From positions 1,500,001-1,532,000 of the forward strand of contig NZ_CP080507.1 in assembly GCF_019464535.1 (NCBI RefSeq): a stretch of 32,000 nt of DNA, written 5' to 3'. Shown here piece by piece: positions 26,735 to 32,000 of the stretch; within the stretch, counting starts at the first letter, position 1, and each line of letters starts with the position of its first letter. The notes under the pieces are model-generated. The model was not told the origin of the DNA. It made no database searches and was given only the letters and a program-made list of their open reading frames with translations. Made by a program: the position numbers and the translations under genes. Source of the DNA: Horticoccus luteus (GTDB taxonomy: Bacteria > Verrucomicrobiota > Verrucomicrobiia > Opitutales > Opitutaceae).

Positions 26735-28954
26735 GTGCTAAAACGACGCTCTTACCTGCCCCGACCGCTGGAGTGGATCGCGTGCGGCCTCGCGCGGTTG
26801 CTCTACCGCGTTCGCACGCGGGGCGGAGAGCACATCCCGGTGACAGGCGGCGCCGTGCTGATCGCGAATCACCTGTCGTATGTTGACGTGGTGGTGCTGC
26901 AACTGGCGTGTCCGCGGCCGGTGCGCTTCGTCGGGTTTCAGGGCCTCGGCGAGCACGCTTTTTTCGCGTGGGTGTTTCGGATGTCGGGCACGATTCCTTT
27001 GCAGGTGGAAAATCCGGCGGCGGGGATCCGCGCGGCGGTGCAGGCGGCGCGGGCCGGCGAGGTGGTCGCGATTTTTCCGGAGGGAAATATTTCGCGCACG
27101 GGACAGTTGATGGCGTTGAAGCGGGGCTTTGAGGTGGTGGCGCGGCAGGCGCACGTGCCGGTGATTCCGGCGGCCATCGATGGCGTGTGGGGCTCCGTTT
27201 TTTCCTTCGCCGGGAATCGTTACCTGTGGAAGTCGCCGCGCTTGATGCGCACGCCGGTGTTCGTGCAGTTCGGTCCGGCGTTGGCGCCAGAGCAGGCCGA
27301 TCTGGCGCGGGCGCGGCAGGCGTTGCTGGATGCGGGGGCGGAGGCGTTTCAGGAGCGGCCGGCGTTGCAGCGGCATCTGGGGCGGGAGTGCGTGCGGGCG
27401 CTCGCGCGGCAACCCGGGCGCGTGCGCGTGATCGATCGCACGGTGCAGCGGCGCGAAGTGAAAGCGGGGCAACTCCTCGCGGCGGCGGCGGCGTTTTCGC
27501 GGCGTGTGCGCCGCACCATCCCGGAGCAGCGCGTGGGGATCGTGCTGCCGCCGGGCGCGGGCGCGTTTATCGCGAACCTCGGCGTCTTGTGCGCGGGAAA
27601 AGTGCCGGTGAATCTCAACTTCACCGCGGGGCGGGCGGCGTTGGAAGCGAGCCTGCGGTTGGGCGAGATCAAGACCGTGATTTCGGCGGAGGCGATGCGC
27701 GGCAAAGTGCCGGACTTTCCCTGGCCGGAGCGGACGCTGGATTTGCGGCGCGAGCTGGAGGCGATGGGAGGGAAGCGCGCGATTTTGCCGTGGTTACTGG
27801 CCGCGTGGTTGCTGCCGAATCAGTGGGTGGCGGACTTGCTGGGTCTGCCGCGCGTGGGCGATCGCGCGGAGGCCGGTTTGTTGTTTACCAGCGGCAGCTC
27901 GGGCGAACCGAAGGGCGTGGCGTTGTCGCATCGCAACATCCTCGCCAACGCGGCGCAGGTGTCGTCGCTCTCGATCCTTCCGCCCAACGCGAGCCTCATC
28001 GGCTGCCTGCCGTTGTTCCACAGTTTCGGATTCACCGTCACCTTGTGGTATCCGCTGCTGCGCGGATGCCAGGTCGTCACGGTGCCGAGTCCGCTCGACA
28101 CCCGCAAAATCATCGACGCGATCAGCGAAGAAGGTGCGACCGTGTTGGTGGGGGCGCCGACGTTTATCCGACCGATTTTGCGCAAGGCGAAGCCGGAGGA
28201 GTTGCGTTCGCTGGACTTGGTCGTGACGGGTGCGGAAAAGCTGCCGCAGGATCTTTACGACAAGTTTCTCGAACAATTTCACATCGAGATTTTGCAGGGC
28301 TACGGGCTCACGGAAACGACGCCCGTGAGCAACGTGAACCAACCGCATCCGCCGGTGACGAGCGCGACCGCCCAGCCGCAAGTGGGAAAGCGGCCGGGCT
28401 CGACGGGGCGTTTGCTGCCGGGCATGACGGTGCGTATCGTGGATCCGGAGACGGCAGAGGAAATGCCGGCGGGCGAGCCGGGCATCGTGTGGTTTCGCGG
28501 AGCGAACGTGTTCAGCGGTTATTTGGGCGATGAAGCGAAAACAAAGGCGGCGTTTCGCGATGGCTGGTTCGTCACCGGCGATTTGGGGCGAATCGACGAA
28601 GAAGGGTTTTTGTTCATCGAGGGGCGGTTGTCGCGGTTCTCGAAAATCGGCGGCGAGATGGTGCCGCACGGGACGGTGGAGCAGAAAATCGAACAGGCGT
28701 TCGGCTGGGAACAGCAGGACGGCTACACGATTGCGGTGATGGGTGTGCCCGATGCGGCGAAAGGCGAGGCGTTGGTTTTGCTGACGACGGTGGAGATCAA
28801 TGCGGACGAACTTCGCACGCGGTTGCTCGCCGCCGGCCTGCCGGCGCTCTGGGTGCCGAAGATCATCCGGCGCGTGGAAAAAATCCCTGTGCTGGGCACG
28901 GGCAAGCTGGACCTCAAACGTTGCCGCGATCTCGCGATCGAACTGGCGGGCTGA
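26735..28954 (+). CDS. aas: Bifunctional lysophospholipid acyltransferase / acyl-ACP (AMP-forming) synthetase, Aas-like
   Basis: 739 aa, GTG start. The N-terminal PlsC-type acyltransferase has NHLSYVD (H-x4-D) and FPEGNISRTG. The C-terminal adenylate-forming domain has LLFTSGSSGEPKGVALSHRNI, GYGLTETTP, WFVTGDLGRIDEEGFLFIEGRLSRFSKIGGEMV and GTGKLD. Domain order and size match E. coli Aas (about 720 aa). Confidence 0.8.
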   Translation: MLKRRSYLPRPLEWIACGLARLLYRVRTRGGEHIPVTGGAVLIANHLSYVDVVVLQLACPRPVRFVGFQGLGEHAFFAWVFRMSGTIPLQVENPAAGIRAAVQAARAGEVVAIFPEGNISRTGQLMALKRGFEVVARQAHVPVIPAAIDGVWGSVFSFAGNRYLWKSPRLMRTPVFVQFGPALAPEQADLARARQALLDAGAEAFQERPALQRHLGRECVRALARQPGRVRVIDRTVQRREVKAGQLLAAAAAFSRRVRRTIPEQRVGIVLPPGAGAFIANLGVLCAGKVPVNLNFTAGRAALEASLRLGEIKTVISAEAMRGKVPDFPWPERTLDLRRELEAMGGKRAILPWLLAAWLLPNQWVADLLGLPRVGDRAEAGLLFTSGSSGEPKGVALSHRNILANAAQVSSLSILPPNASLIGCLPLFHSFGFTVTLWYPLLRGCQVVTVPSPLDTRKIIDAISEEGATVLVGAPTFIRPILRKAKPEELRSLDLVVTGAEKLPQDLYDKFLEQFHIEILQGYGLTETTPVSNVNQPHPPVTSATAQPQVGKRPGSTGRLLPGMTVRIVDPETAEEMPAGEPGIVWFRGANVFSGYLGDEAKTKAAFRDGWFVTGDLGRIDEEGFLFIEGRLSRFSKIGGEMVPHGTVEQKIEQAFGWEQQDGYTIAVMGVPDAAKGEALVLLTTVEINADELRTRLLAAGLPALWVPKIIRRVEKIPVLGTGKLDLKRCRDLAIELAG

Positions 28955-29106
28955 GCGGGCGGCGCGCGACGGGGCACTCACGGGCGGTCGCGTGAGGGTC
29001 GCGAATCGTGGAATATTCCGTGGGAGCAGATGACCGCGTTTTACCGGATTTTAGCGTCCACGAAGCTTGCGGGTCGTCACGGGAAACCAATGCTCCGCCG
29101 CTAAAC

Positions 29107-29529
29107 ATGACGGCAAGAAGGATTTTGGTAGTCGATGACGAACCGGAGGTTCGGGAGATTGTCTCCACGATCCTGCGGCTGGCCGGCTATCAGATCGGCG
29201 GAGCCGAAGAGGGGGAAGAGGCGTTGCGCCACCTCGCGGCGCAGCCGTTTGACATGATGATTACGGATTTGCTGATGCCGGATAAAGACGGCGTGGAAAC
29301 GATTCGCGATGTGCGCAAGCGTTACCCGGGCATCAAGATCGTGGCCATGTCAGGCGGCGGGCACGTGGCGAAGGAGAGTTATCTCAAAATGGCGCAGTTG
29401 TTCGGAGCGGATGCCGTGCTGGCGAAGCCGTTCACGCGCGAGGAATTGCTCCGCACGGTGGCGGCAGTGCTGGACGCGGATTCCTCGCGCGGAGCCTCGG
29501 CGGCGACGCCCGCGTCGCCTCAGTTATAG
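29107..29529 (+). CDS. Single-domain response regulator (CheY-like receiver), orphan
   Basis: The track ORF starts at 29008; ATG 29107 gives MTARRILVVDDEPEVREI... Receiver landmarks: VVDDEP, MMITDLLMPDKDG, IVAMSGGG, VLAKPF. The C-terminal tail is Ala/Ser-rich and there is no output domain. Confidence 0.88.
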   Translation: MTARRILVVDDEPEVREIVSTILRLAGYQIGGAEEGEEALRHLAAQPFDMMITDLLMPDKDGVETIRDVRKRYPGIKIVAMSGGGHVAKESYLKMAQLFGADAVLAKPFTREELLRTVAAVLDADSSRGASAATPASPQL

Positions 29530-30620
29530 AACTGCACGCACACGGGGAGCGGCACGGTGATGCGGTGGTCGGTCAGGTGCAGACGACCGGTGTCGGCGTC
29601 GACCGACAAAACGGTGAGCGAATTCGTGCCTTGGTTGGCGCAGACGAGCCAGCGGCCGTCGGGCGAGAGGGTGAAGTTGCGCGGATTCTTGCCGCCGCAG
29701 GGCACGATCTCGACCAGCGTGAGGCGGCCGTCTTCGGGCGAGATCGCAAAGACGGCGATACTGTCGTGTCCGCGATTGGAACCGTAGAGGAAGCGGCCGT
29801 TGGGATGCACCCGGATTTCTGCGCCACTGGAGGAACCGGAAAAATCCGCGGGCAACGAGGAAAGCTGCTGGCGAGGGGTGAGTTCACCGTGTTCCGGCGA
29901 ATAGTCGTAGGTGAGGATCAAGCTGCCCATCTCGCAGATGGCATACGCATGGCGGCCATCCCGGCCGAAGGCGAAGTGCCTCGGTCCGCTCCCGGCTGGT
30001 GTGACCACGAAGGCGGGCCGCTCGGGCGCGATACTGGCATTATCGAGGTCGAGCAGGTAAGTGAAGATGCGATCGAGGCCGAGGTCGCACACGATGACAT
30101 GGCGGTTGTCGGGCGAAAGGGTGACCGAATGGGTGTGCGGAGAGGACTGGCGCTCGGGGTTCACGCTGTGGCCGTAGTGCTGCACAATCGTGGGCGTGCC
30201 GAGCTGGCCGTCGGAACGGATCGGCAGGACGCCGATAATTCCCTTGTGGTAATTAGCGGTGAGGAGGACGCGGCCTGTTCGGTCCACGACGAGGTGGCAG
30301 GGCGCGGGGCCACCCGAGGGTTGCGGCGGCTGGAGTTTTTTGAGCAGGCCCGCGGCGGGATTGACGGCAAACGGCACGGCCATCGCGTCGGATTCGCTGA
30401 CGGCGTAGAGAAAATGGCGGTCAGGTGAGAGGGTGACGAAAGAAGGGTTCGTCGTGGCGGCGGCGAGTTTCGGCACGGAAAACGCGCCGGTCGTGGCGTC
30501 GAGCCGGGTGGAATAGATCCCAAGCCCGTCGGTACGGGTGTAGGTGCCGATGAAAATCAGGTGGTCAGCAGCGGAGGCGGAGAGCGTCATGAGAAAACAA
30601 ACGAGAAGGATGCGGCCCAT
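29520..30620 (-). CDS. Secreted lactonase-family 7-bladed beta-propeller (6-phosphogluconolactonase/YbhE-like)
   Basis: The track ORF extends to 30815, but ATG 30620 gives a signal peptide (MGRILLVCFLMTLSASAADHLIFIGTYT) and removes the overlap with the upstream gene. Repeated blade motifs are present (RHFLYAVSESD, RVLLTANYHKG, RHVIVCDLGLDRIFTY, RHAYAICEMGSLILTY, RFLYGSNRGHDSIAVFAI, RWLVCANQGTNSLTVLSV). Confidence 0.8.
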   Translation of the reverse strand: MGRILLVCFLMTLSASAADHLIFIGTYTRTDGLGIYSTRLDATTGAFSVPKLAAATTNPSFVTLSPDRHFLYAVSESDAMAVPFAVNPAAGLLKKLQPPQPSGGPAPCHLVVDRTGRVLLTANYHKGIIGVLPIRSDGQLGTPTIVQHYGHSVNPERQSSPHTHSVTLSPDNRHVIVCDLGLDRIFTYLLDLDNASIAPERPAFVVTPAGSGPRHFAFGRDGRHAYAICEMGSLILTYDYSPEHGELTPRQQLSSLPADFSGSSSGAEIRVHPNGRFLYGSNRGHDSIAVFAISPEDGRLTLVEIVPCGGKNPRNFTLSPDGRWLVCANQGTNSLTVLSVDADTGRLHLTDHRITVPLPVCVQFYN

Positions 30621-30754
30621 CGTGGAACGATTGAATGCTATGCCGACGACCGCGACCGGAGCCAAGTGTTTCCGGGGCGTCGCAAACGGGCGGGAAACAA
30701 ATTTGCCGGCGGAGAAGAGAGAAGGCGCGGCGGGCGGGCGGGCCATGATGGCAG

Positions 30755-32000
30755 TCAGACGGTGGCCGACGACGAGCCGGGCGCGGAAGGCATCGGGAAG
30801 TGGCGCAAAGCGCAAAGGTCGCGCTGCAGTTCGGCGCGGAAGTCGGGGTGGGCGATCGAGATCAACGCCTCTCCGCGTTCGCGGAGCGTTTTGCCGTGCA
30901 GGTTGACGGCGCCAAACTCAGTCACGATCCAATGCACATGGCCACGCGTGGTCACCACACCGGCCCCGGCGGCGAGTTGAGTGACGATGCGGGAAATGGT
31001 TCCATTCTTGGCGGTGGAGGGAAGGGCGATGATGGGTTTGCCGCCGGGCGAAAGCGCCGCGCCGCGGATGAAATCCATCTGGCCGCCGATGCCGGAGTAG
31101 ATGCGATGGCCGATGGAATCGGCGCAGACCTGGCCGGTGAGATCGATTTGCAGGGCGGAGTTGATGGCCACCACGCGCGGGTTCTGGCGGATGATCGAAG
31201 TATCGTTCGTCCAATCGCAGGGGTAAAAGGCGACGTGGGGATTATCGTCGATGAAGTCGAACAGGCGCTGGGTGCCGTTGACGAAACTCGTGATGATGCG
31301 CCCGAGGCCGACGACTTTGTAGCGGTTGGTGATCGCGCCGGCTTCGAAAAGATCGACGACGCGGTCGGAAAACATCTCGGAGTGAATGCCGAGGTCGCGC
31401 TTGTGGTGCATGCGGGCAAGGGCGGCGTCGGGAATCCCGCCGATGCCCATTTGCAACGTGGAACCATCGTCGACGAGGCCGGCGATCAATTCGCCGATGC
31501 GCGCATCGATCGGCGTCTCCGGTTCCGGCGCATGCGTGTGAAGCGGGCGATCAGTCGCGATGAAAGCATGCACCCGGCTGAGCGGCACGATGTTGTTGCC
31601 GTGCGTGCGGGGCATGCGCTCGTTGATCTCTGCGATGACGTAACGCGCGGATTCGACAGCGGCTTTGGCGGCATCGCAGGAGGTGCCCAGGGAGCAGAGC
31701 CCGTGGGCATCGGGCGCGGAAAGCTGCACGATCGCCACATCGAGCGGAACGGTGCGGGAGGTGAAGAGGCCAGGAATATCCGACAGGAAAATCGGCACGA
31801 AATCCGCCCGGCCTTCCGCAATCGCGGCGCGGACCGGACCGCCGGAAAAGACCGAGACAGAGCGAAACTCGTTTTCCCGGCCGGGCGCCGCGAAGGGTGC
31901 CGGGCCGGCGGTGTGCAAATGGTAAAGGCGGACGTTTTCGAGGTCGCGCCGGGCGGACAGCGCTTCGACGAGGGGCGTCGGCGTGGCGCAGGCTCCATGC
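30755..32000 (-). CDS. Acetyl-CoA hydrolase/transferase family protein (4-hydroxybutyrate/succinate CoA-transferase-like); 5' end beyond the right window edge
   Basis: The track ORF starts at TTG 31918, but the same frame stays open to the window edge (HGACATPTPLVEALSARRDLENVRLYHLHTAGP...), which matches the N-terminal region of this family. Downstream motifs: STLQMGIGGIPDA, SEMFSD, SGIGGQMDFIRGA, TTRGHVHWIVTEFG. Confidence 0.85.
   Translation of the reverse strand, partial: HGACATPTPLVEALSARRDLENVRLYHLHTAGPAPFAAPGRENEFRSVSVFSGGPVRAAIAEGRADFVPIFLSDIPGLFTSRTVPLDVAIVQLSAPDAHGLCSLGTSCDAAKAAVESARYVIAEINERMPRTHGNNIVPLSRVHAFIATDRPLHTHAPEPETPIDARIGELIAGLVDDGSTLQMGIGGIPDAALARMHHKRDLGIHSEMFSDRVVDLFEAGAITNRYKVVGLGRIITSFVNGTQRLFDFIDDNPHVAFYPCDWTNDTSIIRQNPRVVAINSALQIDLTGQVCADSIGHRIYSGIGGQMDFIRGAALSPGGKPIIALPSTAKNGTISRIVTQLAAGAGVVTTRGHVHWIVTEFGAVNLHGKTLRERGEALISIAHPDFRAELQRDLCALRHFPMPSAPGSSSATV

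Noticed and set aside
27187-28981. 448-aa (+, other frame) and 395-aa (-) ORFs within the aas-like gene
   Set aside because: They are shadows. The 26735-28954 frame carries the acyltransferase and AMP-binding motifs.
29010-29019. Perfect 10-bp palindrome GGAATATTCC upstream of the second receiver gene
   Set aside because: Perfect 10-bp palindromes are expected tens of times by chance in 32 kb. There is no second copy or supporting context.
30621-30815. 65-codon N-terminal extension of the lactonase-family ORF
   Set aside because: It would overlap the 3' end of the CoA-transferase gene by 61 nt and precede a perfectly good signal peptide starting at ATG 30620.

Overview
High-GC, densely coding bacterial chromosomal window. 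By eye I found no rRNA, tRNA, CRISPR array or IS/transposase. The gene content (PEP-CTERM/exosortase, RND efflux, AsmA-like) indicates a Gram-negative organism; a Verrucomicrobiota-like origin is only a guess. Order left to right: prfC 5' end (-); a minus-strand operon of a membrane-anchored helical-repeat protein, a choice-of-anchor-A PEP-CTERM protein and a secreted Pro-rich/coiled-coil protein, divergent from an exosortase-EpsI fusion (+); enolase (-) bracketed by two intrinsic terminators; a 9-10 repeat variant-ankyrin protein (-); an orphan receiver domain (+); a 1945-aa tandem double UvrA paralogue (-) divergent from a MarR / adaptor / RND / TolC-like efflux operon (+); an AsmA-like giant protein (+); a His-rich orphan protein (-); a translationally coupled compact ABC/OLD-type ATPase plus small TOPRIM-like (DUF4276-like) protein (+); an Aas-like acyltransferase/acyl-ACP synthetase fusion (+); a second orphan receiver (+); a secreted lactonase-family beta-propeller (-); and a CoA-transferase running off the right edge (-). 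The best candidate for an uncharacterised system is the ATPase + TOPRIM-like pair at 24933-26605, which looks like a split OLD-family nuclease and possible defence module. Other notable points are the asymmetric covalent double UvrA next to the efflux operon, the compact exosortase/substrate locus, and a strong strand-dependent third-codon-position bias (G-ending on + genes, C-ending on - genes). That bias also explains the many long shadow ORFs in the six-frame track. All family assignments rest on motif reading and memory; no searches were run.
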